Positions 36,901-49,117 of a DNA stretch of 64,000 nucleotides are shown piece by piece; positions within the stretch are counted from its first letter, which is position 1; each line of letters opens with the position of its first letter. The notes beneath the pieces were generated by a model. It worked only from the letters and a program-made list of their open reading frames with translations. It had not been told where the DNA came from and searched no databases. The stretch is from Balanoglossus misakiensis (Eukaryota; Animalia; Hemichordata), in the NCBI GenBank assembly GCA_040954595.2, contig CM082595.2:7182193-7246192 (forward strand), written 5' to 3'. The position numbers and the translations under genes are program-made.

Positions 36901-39900
36901 AATATGAAGAGTGTTCACGACCTGTAACCTTAGTAAATCGGGACTTAAATCGGAGAATTACCTTTCAGTCAGAGTGGGTCAAAGTATGGCGATGATGACA
37001 GCAGAAGTTTTTACAAAAATCGGCCTCTTGTGTTTTATTATACATTCTAAAACTGTTGTTTATGAAAATAAGATATACAGTTTACCTAAAACCGATGACA
37101 TTTTCGCCGGTCAATCAACCAGTGACAAGAAAATCAAGTTCAAACCTGCACAACTCTCTCGCTCATATGCGCGCTGATTCTGCACTTTGGCCTCGCATGC
37201 CCAAGCGAAATCTCATTAGCATGTCATTTGCATCAAAGAAAATATGCTAATTTCGGACCCATGTTTCAGAGTGTATTTGCGACCGGGGGTCGGAGGAATC
37301 AGAGGGGGTCTCTCTCAAAAAATGGAAAGCTTGGAGGAGGACTTCTCAAAGAGAGGAGACGGAGAGAGGTGACCACTCGTTTTCGGGGGGGGGGGGGGGT
37401 GTTTCAAAGTATTTGAACTGAAAGCTTTAGTGTTAAACGGGTGCCGCAGCTGCGTACCAGAGTATTCATACGACTGAATTCATTTTTGTTATTTCACCCT
37501 TTTCAACTTATCATTACGCAGCTGATGATCACATAGCAGGGTGAACCCGGAGTTGGAAAGTATATTATGTTACCATATCAGTAATTTAAACAAAATAACA
37601 GACGTCGTGGGTAATTTACTACAACAATCGTCCAAACTCCAGATGTCGACGCGATGCCGACGCGTACTGTAATTGATTGTGTCTGGCTGTCTCCTGTATC
37701 ACCAACGCATTTGGCTAAGCGTTGCTGAGCAACTCTAGTTGGTTACAGCGTGTCAAATAAAGGTTTTAATTTTGAAACATAATAAATACGTGTTATAAGG
37801 TTGATGATAAAACATTAGTCCATAACATTTGACCTTCTCCAGCAGATATCATGTTTATGAAATGAGTGCAATTTAAAATGTTTTCACATTTATCGAATTT
37901 TCTCAGAAAAAAACAGTTGTTGCTGGCGTTTACTGTACATGACGTTTTATAATTTTAGATGCAGATGTGATAGCTTATCTTATAGCCTAGATTACTGTGT
38001 CAGGTTGTCCCATTTATCACAAACGCATTTGGCTAAGCGTCGCTAAGCAACCCACTTCATTATTAAGTGGGTTACAGCATGTCAAATGGAGGTCTTGAAT
38101 ATTGAATCATTAGCACATACTAAGGTTGATGGTAAAATATATTTGTATAATAATATATATATAAGTAACATTTTACCTCCTCCCAGATTCTGCAAAACTG
38201 TGGTTGCAGTCCATCGTGGCTGTTGAAGGCATCCAAAAGCCGTCTTTAACTTGCTTTGTCTCACCAATATGCGCTGGGACCCCCTATTTTACCCGTAAAC
38301 TGATTTCATTTCAAGCAAATTATCTACCAAGTTTTTACACAAGTTTAAGTCCGGAAGTAGTAAACAATTATACAAAAGTAGATTTTAGGTAATTTCTGTG
38401 TTTCTGTTAACCGTTAAAATGATATGCGATTATTTTATTGAACAAGCAAAAATTTAAAAATTGCCAAAAATAAAATATTCATTAAACTTGGATTCTATAA
38501 TGGTAACAAAATATGACGACCCTCCCAAAATACTTATTCATGAAGCCGCTTTAAAAAGATGTATAGAGAATGATGCGGGTTCTTTTTCCAACAATGCAAT
38601 CCATTGACCCCCCCCCCCCCTTTCTCCATTTTTATTCCACACATTAAATGTTTAGGCGTCATAGTAGCAGCCGTATTAATTTCAACATGACCAGAGGACC
38701 TTCCGACGTGCTTGCTACGTTTATGATAAATCTGAACTCTGAAACTACAGACAATTCGAATCGTGTCGTCTGATTCCACACCGGCTGTTTTTTATGTAAT
38801 AATAATAATCTTTATTTCAGGCTCGTAGCCCATAAAAAAACAGCAAGAGAAGTAAAAAACAAGAACACACACATTAAAATCTGTAGAAAAAAAATAAATA
38901 AATACCCATTATCCATCATCAATTCACCGATGTCAATCAAACAACACTGAACCATACACTAGTGTATATTTACATGTTTAGGCTCTAATAGAGAAATCAG
39001 TGGTATTTTCAGGTGAACCATTTTATTCTTAGGGAAATCAAAGAAATAATATTGAAATATGAATATATTCCTTCCTTTTTCTACATCACCATTCGCTGTA
39101 TCATGAATTAAATTTAACCAAATGTAGCAAGAATTGAGGGGCTAACAAGTGTCGGGTCACAAGAAATACCAGTACATGTATACACATAATATACATATTC
39201 GAAAACTGCGCACAAATTCTCCTGCAATTTTATGACGATTGCCCCGAACGCAATTTCTATAAGCAAATTTAGTGCCAACATTATTCTTCATTTTTTATCG
39301 CACTACATATTGTGAGTTGTCGGTCAAGTAAACATAGATAAATAAGTCGCTATCATGAAAACCATTCGCAACAAATAATAAAAGTCGCTTTCATGTTGCC
39401 GGCATGTTTTCAATAAATCAATATGAATAACTTAGACGCCAAAATAATGTTTACCAATGTGTGATACAGCTTATACGGACAATGGTCTCACAAACACAGC
39501 TGGAATTTTGTAATGTTTTTCCATCATTTTGCCACTAGTTGCTGATGAGCTGTGTAAACGCTGAAAAAACACCTCGGAGCCAGCCGCTATACATGTCGGA
39601 TTGTGTGCCAGGTCTTGGCTACACCGCTTCCAGCAAGCCGAGCGAGATTCGATTGCTACCAACTTTGTTAAAAAAACAGTCGCAAGCTATGTTTGGAAAA
39701 TATAGCCAAAGACACAAACGTGGTATTTATGCAGGTTGTAGACACGTCTATAGTGTCGAGACCAATAGTAGCAGAGATATGGCCACCGCTGTAACGACGT
39801 ACTCAAGGTTCTCCTGAGGGAGACTACCAGGCCCTAGAGTCGTGACGTTTCAGTCATTTGAGCGCTAATTAATAGCTTTGACCGACTCATAGGCCTAAAA

Positions 39901-41258
39901 ATAACTCCAGAGCTATAGAAAACCTTTAGAAATCGAAAACTTTTCGATTTCAGATGTTTTTAAAGTGAAAACTGGCTTATTGTTTAGTCGCAAGTATTGT
40001 ATATTATTATCTCTGAGGGTAGTCTAAGTTAAAGTAAATTGTAATTTACATCAGAGCCCTCTCATGTTTTATTGGCAGAATACCACATCGTTTAATTCCC
40101 GTGAAAGATAAATGTCCCATTAGACTAATTGCAATGTTTTAATCAAGAAGGCTTCTGGTGAAGAAGACACGCGCAAGGTCTTGTAATTATAATTTATAAA
40201 GTAATAAAAATAAAACGCGCAATGTGATTCGGATTGTAGTGTCTACCCTTCAGACATATTTTCGACCTTCGACATGTTTCTCATTCATATACACCAGTTA
40301 TATTTCCATACATGTTTCCACAGTAACCGCGATCGCCATTGTCGGTTTTGTAGGTATGAATTAAATTGAATTTATCCTTTTTAAGTTCACACTGCGCAGA
40401 CAACGTGTAAAACCCACTTTTTAAGTTCACACTGCGCAGACAACGTGTAAAACCCACTGAGATTAAAGGGACAAAGTCTCTCTCTCGCTGCCCTTTTCCA
40501 TTAATTAAGTTTGATACAAGACACCATTTATGTTATTCTACACAACTTCCATCCCGCCTGTAGACACGAGAGTGAAAACTTGCCAAAATGAATAATCGGT
40601 GTTTACCGTTTACTCATTTTGGTGGGAATTTCACTCTCATATCACACAAGTGGGGTGAAAGCTGGGTGTGGTCAAACGTTTATTCACTATATATCCACAT
40701 GTAGAATAACATAAACGGTGTCTTGTATCAAACATAATTAATGGAAAAAGGGCAGCGGGAGAAAGACTTTGTCCCTTTAAGTCTTGTGTCCCAAAAAGGC
40801 GGATTCCTTCCCTCGGAGAACTAATCTTAATACCTCAAAACTCAGTAGAAGAGAAATATTTACTTTATCTTGATGCATTCAAACGGTGCATTCACAGGGT
40901 GGCCTAGACATTGATAAGTAATTATCTCTTAGTTTTACGCTGTGATATTTTGTCTCATTCGATCATAAAGGTAACAACAGTCTTGCCTTTAAAGTGTTGA
41001 CGCATTATTAATTACATCGGAATTTGTTTTTGTTTCTCATGAGATGCTACGCAAAACTTACACCGCGTGCATGCGCCTCCATATGGAATTACTAACTAAA
41101 ATTCAAATTTTAAACTGGGTAAATGCAATGGCAATAAACACCATCAAAAGGTAGTCGCAGTGTCACGTCACCAAAATAGATAGGAATTATAACAATGCCA
41201 TACAAATTCGTCAGCGTTTATCAATTAAAACATAGCTTACCTGTACCTGTCGCCCCAT
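31034..41258 (-). CDS. GAL3ST: Galactose-3-O-sulfotransferase-family protein, copy 2 (453 aa)
   Basis: Exons 41258-41241 (MGRQVQ), 33334-33237 (TM) and 32279-31034. Exon lengths and motifs are identical to copy 1. Confidence 0.88.
32415..32750. mobile_element. Kolobok-like MITE (family K1) in intron 2 of sulfotransferase copy 2
   Basis: caaagtctttctctcgctgcc ... gcagcgagagagagactttgtccct. Absent from the copy 1 intron. Confidence 0.8.
33356..33586. repeat. (GA)n purine microsatellite
   Basis: Visible run, paralogous to 18901-19064. Confidence 0.95.
33663..33838. mobile_element. Short Kolobok-like MITE (family K2)
   Basis: ttaa|aggtatagggtc ... gatcgtgtacct. Second copy at 50699-50884. Confidence 0.7.
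33841..35198 (-). mobile_element. 5'-truncated, decayed CR1-group LINE (L2/Crack-like)
   Basis: QYGFRKKYST, DLKKAFDTI, GLPQGSILGPTLF, LFADD (~34760), YLGISINPSLTW and LQKKAVRLIT. The 3' end is AATAAA plus an (ATTC)n tail. Confidence 0.9.
38797..38900 (-). mobile_element. Short LINE 3'-end remnant with (ATT)n tail
   Basis: Minus strand tatgggctacgagcctgaaataaagattattattatt, similar to the remnant at 14412. Confidence 0.45.
40378..40457. repeat. Perfect ~40-bp tandem duplication next to a MITE insertion
   Basis: ttttaagttcacactgcgcagacaacgtgtaaaacccac occurs twice. The paralog (~25780) has a single copy. Confidence 0.85.
40467..40776. mobile_element. Full Kolobok-like palindromic MITE (family K1) with TTAA TSD
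   Basis: ttaa|agggacaaagtctctctctcgctgcccttttccattaatta ... gactttgtccct|ttaa. Absent from the paralogous site at ~25812. Confidence 0.88.
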
Positions 41259-41362
41259 GGATGTCTGTTCACTGGATTGCGCGGACAGAAATATTGTGAG
41301 GATGGGGGTCAAAGTACCCGACTATGGCAACACGTGTGACGTGAATGGTGTATACCGCTTTT

Positions 41363-41373
41363 ACTTCCGGAAG
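41363..41373. promoter_or_regulatory. ETS site in the putative promoter of sulfotransferase copy 2
   Basis: ACTTCCGGAAG, conserved with 26470-26481. A nearby cacgtg E-box is also present in both copies. Confidence 0.45.
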
Positions 41374-42762
41374 AATGAGCGATGGGGGTCAATTTGATAA
41401 TCGCCTTACTTTGAGAAATGTGAGCGAAAATTGATGGACTATAAAAATCTGTCTAGTTTTAATCTGTGTGTGGGGGGGGGGGGTGTCATCAACAACAGCT
41501 GAGCAGATTAAGACTAATGAATGGGGAATTAAATTTATCAAATCGAGAACATACTTCTCTTTGTCACGGTAAAAGAACGTGGTATACGTATAGGAAGAAA
41601 AAAAAACAAGTCGCAAATAGAGGTCGTATTTGAAATTAATAAATATCGCCGTATTTATTCTGTGTAAGTTCGCATTTCTTTTTATATCCCTTCATAATCT
41701 CACTATTTGAAAACCTCCGCTATTCACTCAAAATTGTACACGTCGTGCGTGCTGGTTCTCTGGGGCGTCCACATAATAACACGATACATCACATCATCAG
41801 TTTTGTAATGCATTACATTGTATTGTATTGTATTATATTATATTGTATATGGGAAGAGTTATTTAGCGAATAAGACAAACGGAACTTCGTTTCGAATTAT
41901 GGCTCGAGTACTTACAATATGTGTATAATGTTAACAGTTAGGCCTAATCATGCATACGTTTCCGGCAATTTTGAATGTATCTTCGCCGTTTACATGCAGT
42001 TTAATCGAGTTTAATTGTAGTATTAACCATTATAATGCAGACACGGGGGCTATCAACTACAGTTTTTTATTCTCCTCAGTGATAATACGTTCCTTATATG
42101 TATAGCCCACATTATTGTTTAGACAAATCTAATTGGTGTAGATGCTTTTAGAAGAAATACAGTTGCTGCCCAGCAGAATGAAACATCTGAACATAAATGT
42201 ATCTATTGTATCTCTATTGTACTGTGTACTTGTGTTTTCTAAGCTTTCAAACTTCGCTGTGAATTATTTTTTAAAAACGTGTATATTCCAATTATTGACC
42301 AATTGTGAAAAATTTCTAGTCATAATTTGGGATCTCTTCAAGTCATTTAGGTCTACCGTTTACGATTTACCGTACGTTTTTAGCATTTTTCAAAAGTAAA
42401 AGAAAAATTTCTATGTTATAGACCCATATTTTAAGGGTTTCCTTCAGACGAAAAGCCAACCTATGTATATAGAGTTTTTGTGACAATGAGGCATACCCGA
42501 ATGGGAGTAACCCTGGGGGTGGATTGCATATCAAACCAGAGACAGAGTACATGTACATGTAGCAAGTTTTATTGTGTCTAGGAAGAATGTTGTATATGAA
42601 ATGCGCTAATCGAAGTCTTTTGTCAATTTGTACATGTGAATGAATTTGTCCGAGAGAATTTGTGCTTTATTGAAGAAATCACTGGAAACGTGACATGTTT
42701 AATTCGAGTCACGTGTTCTGTAGGCTGAAGTTCGTCTGCTTCAAAAAGAGGCGATATGCCGA

Positions 42763-45700
42763 TTATTCTTCCGTGTATTGGGGATGCGGCGCGTTGATTG
42801 GGTGTGTCTCCTTGTTCCCGGATGACGAATTTCCAACTCTCTCTTCCAGATCCACGTAGCCTTCCCGACGTTGTTTCTTTTCCAGATATATTTCCCGCCC
42901 CATGAACACTGAATAGACGATGGTTGTGAGGACGCACAGGAAACTGACGGCTGTAGTTGTCCATCCAAATCCCCACAGCTGATAGAGAATGCCGCCTGTT
43001 ATTGGTCCTGCTGCCGTGCTGTGATGAAAACAACAAAACTCGTCTTACGAAAGTTGTCTAATGTGATATCAAAAGCACCATAAGAAACCATCATACAATA
43101 CGTCAGTTCTTCTGTAAGTTATAATTTACTCTTTCTTTAAATGATAAGATTCGGCATTTATCTCTTCCTTAATTCTTTTTGCTTAATTTCTCATTTCGTC
43201 AGAGAATGGTTATTAGTATTCCTGCCTATGTTTCCAGATTGCTGTATGGAAGTGTTTTGTAGTAATACATTATTAATTAAGTAGGGTGGAGTTTTAGTTG
43301 TCTATATACGTCCATTTTCGATCCAATTTATGTATTATACACCTGTAGTATTAAAGTATATACAATTTTCTCGCGGAAGTACAAATAAAAACTATCTGGT
43401 GGAGAATATTCGTTGCCATATGGAGTCCATTTTAGGTCCCCTGCTCTTTGCTACATTCAAGCTGTGTTAATCAAAAATATTTTTGAAACTAAATAAAAAT
43501 TCCGATTTCAAGAACCGAATATTCATTTTCGAGACCAAACGGAAAAGCCATTAGCATGACCCCTACATGAACTTAGGCTTGCATCCTCGTACTTCCGTTG
43601 GCCAGAATCCATCACGTTGACCAAAACCTCTACAAAACCTCCACAATTGCAGTTACAGTAAAAGATTTATGTACTGAATTACACAGGTGACTCTTTATCA
43701 AGCAATATTTTACACATTTGTTGTCCCAGTATGTTGAATTTGACAACCTCATACCAAAGGAAGTACAAGGATGTAGGTCATATAGGGAGCATGAAATTGA
43801 CATTTTTATGTATTCCCCGACAACGAGTAGTGATATGTCTTATTTTTTAAAATTTACTCGTTATTGGGAAAATATTCGACATGGTTTGATTCTCCTATTC
43901 AAAACGTTATATAACCATCCTTTCTAAGTTAAAATACATATGTGTACTTACCCCACGAAGAAGGCAGAATAGTAAATTCCGGCAACCATGGCACCAAGGG
44001 CTAGATTATCCTCCATGCCAGAAGATCTGATAAAAGTCAGAGACGTGTATTTTTAGCAAGACAACCAATGCATAGCATGTTTTCCCGTTTTATCGTACGA
44101 TGGAAATATACTCAATGTTCCATCCTCTCATAAAGATCAAAACAATTATTTTATTTCTTTGTTTAACAGATGTGCGCATCCTATAGTACAGAGATGTGTA
44201 AGGACCCTAGTGAAGACACGCTTCGAAATGTACACTCAGTGAGATGTGATATTGCCTGTGTTACTTACTTGGCTTTTCTCATGATATCAATAATGATGAT
44301 AACACCCACTGCCACGCCCACACCGGCCAGGAAGAGAGAAAGACCAAGCAACCACAGAGTTCTGCACAGTGTACAAACAAATAACAGTGTTTTTAGAAGA
44401 CAGGTGAGCATATGATTAAAAACAAATCAGTTACTCATCATCTTAACCTCCTCCTCTTATAACCACGATCCCTGTTTTATAGTGTGTTAAACGTTTTCTG
44501 TGGGCTACTATTACTGAAAAGGAATGACTCACAAAGTTTTACATCCAAGATGGTAACCAAGATTAATTTTGTATATACACTGTCATCATATTTCAATGGA
44601 GCAGATTTACACTATTTTACATTACGCATTAGGGATCTATATTTTGATGGAAACTTACCACTGCTTAATAAATTATTGTGATTATAATTTCTGGGCATTG
44701 TCAGGTTTACGGCAATTTACAACACCTAAAGTACTTTGTGTGGAAATCTATATGAGGGTAGTTATAAATCCTATACTTACGGTGTTATTCCTAGCAACGG
44801 GCAAGGTCCAAGGAAAAACAAGGGGATGGCCATTAGAATGATCCCAGCCAAAATAGCAGCCCTCAACATACCCTGTAATCACAAAACAAATCATGGCGTC
44901 TTGTTAAATCTATGCTTTTTAAACTTCATTCGTGATCAATATGACACTAGTCTCGTCATGCACTCGTGTCCATTGCAGCAACACGAACAACCGAAACAAC
45001 CATATCGTATGACAACCTCGGTATAATACACCCATTACCATAAAATATAAAACACGTCAAAAATACAAATGTTGTGACGTCATTCAGTGATTTCACCAGA
45101 AATTAATTGTCTTTGGCTATTAAGGTACAATGCGCCACAGTACAAAACTGTGGGAGAGGAAATTGGATTTTCCGAAAATGGCATTTTCGTTTAAAAAATA
45201 ACAAAACTGACGTGTGTAGGGCACTAGCTGTTTTGATCAATAGGATACTGAACACTTAGTATACGTCATAGCAATTTGACTCTGAGATAATTGGTCGATA
45301 AGGAAACGAGTGGTAATATTAGCATGTCCACGTTTCCAGATATAAACAAACACTTACCGGCTTACCACCGATCCATCCCCAGATTGGCGATCCAACACCG
45401 TAACCAATAGTTAGCAGGGAGAAAAACAATCCTTCTATAGTTTTACTCGTCACAGCGAACTGGAAAATAAGATTTGTAGCACACAACAAAATGAGATGTG
45501 GTTAAGCATTGACAGAAGATGATAATAGAACCAGGGGTTTCGGGCATAGTATCTTATGCGCATAAAAGTGACCTCCAGTACATTACTACGAGAGAATGTT
45601 TACAGACAATGTTGAGTCGCGGTAAGAACTATGGACTTCCATGTCTTCTTTCCAGGTAATGTCAACAACCACAATAAGTTTGAACTACTGTGACCCATCC

Positions 45701-47600
45701 GTATCAGTCATTTTCATGACCTCTATATGATCTTACATCCTTGTACTTCCGTTGGTGTAGGTGGTTGTAATGACCGACGATACATCAAGGCACACAAGAC
45801 AGGGATATAATAACATAGATGACTTTTACTTACCTGGTATGTTAGATAGAGAGCTAGTATAGGCATACTGAAAGAGTGAACAACCCCTGCCACTAATCTC
45901 ACAAACGATGGTACTAGGATACCGGGCGCCTGCTTTATAAGCTGAATAATCGACACAACTTCTTTTTCAGCGTCTAGAAGATGGAATATAAAAATGTTTT
46001 CTATACTCAAACAACAAAGGAATTCCTGGTTGTCGTCATTCCCCTTATTGTTCAAATCTACACAATCGATTACCAGACAAACAGTGTAGTAAAACCTACC
46101 AATATGCATAAACGATTTTGTCAATTTGGATTCTTATGATTGCTGATAATAATTATACAATTGTGTAACTTGCTTATGATGAAAGACGTGTACCGTGGCC
46201 CCTACACGCCATTGTTATTTTTTTTTTGTAGTCATTATCTTTTCCCAAAAAGCAAACTCTAATTTTGGTGGAGGCAACTGTAATTTTGATGGACTAAACT
46301 TTTTGATTTTGACAGTAAAACTTTAATTTTACTTCGCAGAACTTTTATTTTTAGAGAACCAAATATGTGAGGGTAGAGAGGTGCCAAAATGTGATCTTAC
46401 CGATTTTCTTGTCCACAACACACCAACTGATCGGCACTGTGAGTAAAATTCCTCCACCGACAACATAAAATGGCAGGCCGTAACCACCAAGCTGAGAAAG
46501 ATGTGGGGAAACCAGTCATTAATTGGGACAGAATGTTGGAATTTCATTTAGGCCTAATTATGTAAAAAAACACCTTTTTCATAAGCACATGCTTCAAAAC
46601 ATAAACGATTATGAAACGTTTTGGTAAAAATGCGTAATTTATGGTTGGAACTTACATCATATAACAATCCACCAAGCAAAGGTCCTGAAGTCAGGCCTGC
46701 TCCGAAGAACATATTTGTCATACCCTATGTTTAAAGAAAAATTTCGACTTTATACTTATGCTTGAACAGTGTAGAGTAAATGTACAGGACTAGTATTCTA
46801 GTCGAAACGATGACGTAACAACATGGCGGCCATGCCACTTCACCACCTGACCTTTCTCGATCTTTGAGGCATCTACCGAGACTTACATGCTGATTGTAGC
46901 TGTTTACTTGGAGTATTGCAACATGACACATATCGAGATTTTGTGTGATACTGGAAAGGTTTGCGGACGCTTGTTACAATTGAGGTGCACGGGGAACACT
47001 GGCCCTCGACTGAGTACCCAAACCGGATGTCAAGTGTCCCATATTGCAATGCAAATTTTCAAGATGGTGTACACAGTTTATGCCTATAGTTTAACAGAAT
47101 CGGGAGCGTTTTACAGTTCCCAGAATGGTTTATTCTACGTACGTGTGACAACACTGGCATAAGCTACCGGGCTTTATCCCAGAAGTTTACTAAGCTAATT
47201 ACACGGTATAGGTTACTCACCAAGACCTTGGCATGAACACTCGACGGATACTGATGAAATATAATAGCTACTGAAGAATTAATACTGAGAATACAAAACG
47301 CGGCTTCTGCCATCCTGATAATAACAGCCAGAGTAATGAATAATTCTGTTTTGTCATAATCTACTTTATCCAGGAATCTGAAAGATATACGAATACCCTT
47401 ATATTAAACATGAACAGCTTGTCAATGAACGCCTTGTCAATAAGATGTCGGTTGTTGAGTTTGAAATAAAATTACAAATACATGTATGTAATCTTACCAC
47501 ACAGCTAGAAAGAACAGACTGATTCAAGTAAATAGTGGATTATTCAATTTCATGTATGTATGTATGTATGTATGTATGTATGTATGTATGTATGTATGTA

Positions 47601-47673
<73 letters not shown>

Positions 47674-49117
47674 ATGTATGTATGTATGTATGTATGTATG
47701 TATGTATGTATGTATCATAGTTATATCCATAGACATTGTGACTAAAACAATTAATGCATTGTGTATTCCATGACATACCCATATGACAAAGTAGTAAGTC
47801 CAGATCCAAACATTCCACCTATGTAGCCCCACCGAGCGCCAATATGAGGAATCTACAGAATACACAAAAATACATCCGCTTAAAATTGGATCAAATGAGA
47901 GTTGGAATATCAGAATGTCAATGTTGCGTTTGTGAAATCTTTTGACAAGAGAATAGAAATATGCAAATATTGACAATTTACACTAAATGATTATGATTTT
48001 TGTCAATGTTCGTATGCTTATACACACCACAGGAACTGACACTTATAGGAATCAATACAATGTATACTGTGTTTGATATTACTTTCTGATCTATGATAAG
48101 TCTATTTAAGGAAGAGCTCCCTTTTACGACAACGTCGATTTGTAAAATCGAGTCTCGTATACAGCCAACGCCTATACACCCATTTCACAAGTCTAGCGCC
48201 ATCACGCAGTCGTCGTGAATTTGAACTCAAAGCGAAGCCAATGGGGAAAGTTGACCAATCACGTCAGGCGTGTTTCCCCATTGGCCTCGCTTTGAGTTCA
48301 AATTCATCATGGGTGCATGAGGGCGATGGACTTGTGATAAGGGTATATTACTGTCCGTTTTGTAATCGAACAACGTTTTTAAAAACGCATTATCAGACAT
48401 ATCTGAATTTTAAAGAGCATACCATTTGTCCTGAAAATGAGGATAGCACGACAGCGGTGAGTGAATATGCACTGAATATAAAACCAATGGCCACATCTGG
48501 TACGTGATGTTTTTCAGCCTGCAAACACAATAAGCACTATTCAAGATGGCGTGGAAAAACAAATCATGAAAATCATTTCAGGGACTCGATCAACAAAGGT
48601 ATTTCTCGGGTTTGCACGTGGCATTGATGTTATTTATGATGTTGTTGGTCCTGACCAGGGATTGATCGTTGGGTTAACCCTTCCCTCATATCTGTTCCTG
48701 CATGTTGACACTATTCATGCAATTTGCGATTCTTGAAGCTCAAAAATTCCCCCATTTCATAAGTCGAGCGCCCTCACGAATTTAAACTCAGGGCGAGGTC
48801 AATGGGGAAAATTGTTTCTCTAAATTATAACTTCTTACCTCAGAGGGGAAGAACGGAGCAATCATTGAAAATGCTGTGTAGTAAAAGAAGTAACTTGTAC
48901 AAAGTCCCGCAAGTAAGACTTTCAACTTTGTAGAGATTGTTAATAGTCCCACTGTTTCCTCCTTCTCCTTCTCCGATTCCCTTTCCTCCTCGTTTAGTTT
49001 ATCTCCAATGTGTCCAGGGGTGTCTTCCATTCCATTGGCTTCTTTCTCGTCAATGATTACGTCATCTATGAGTTTTTCCGTGTCACTGTCGTGCTTGTTC
49101 GAGCCACCTTCCACCAT
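42763..49117 (-). CDS. SLC18B1: MFS-type transporter SLC18B1-like (vesicular polyamine transporter family), paralog 1, 507 aa
   Basis: Twelve coding exons: 49117-48839, 48518-48423, 47852-47779, 47377-47221, 46724-46656, 46491-46401, 45973-45834, 45459-45358, 44872-44781, 44361-44269, 44026-43952, 43018-42763. Total 1524 nt, in frame. APFFPSE|AEK, GPLLGGLLY..GGY.LPF, LGPCPLL and GPITGG.LY..GFGW match SLC18B1. Confidence 0.92.
43552..43795. mobile_element. Degenerate inverted-repeat element (MITE-like); half copy at ~45714-45756
   Basis: catcctcgtacttccgttgg pairs with ccaaaggaagtacaaggatg. The same arm recurs at 45733. Confidence 0.5.
47552..47715. repeat. Compound microsatellite (TATG)n(TG)n(TATG)n in an SLC18B1 intron
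   Basis: Direct reading. Confidence 0.97.
48185..48337. mobile_element. ~150-bp palindromic MITE; copy at 61345-61497 and fragment at ~48757-48811
   Basis: Arms tgaatttgaactcaaagcga / tcgctttgagttcaaattca around a ccaatcac core. Confidence 0.75.

Larger units (their letters stand above)
29280..41373. repeat. Segmental duplication unit 2
   Basis: Colinear with 14193-26481 but with different TE insertions. Confidence 0.85.

Noticed and set aside
43410-43460. Tiny RT-like peptide SILGPLLF
   Set aside because: Too short to call confidently. At most a LINE crumb.
47524-47976. HTYI, MYVC and CV repeat ORFs
   Set aside because: Compound microsatellite in an intron.
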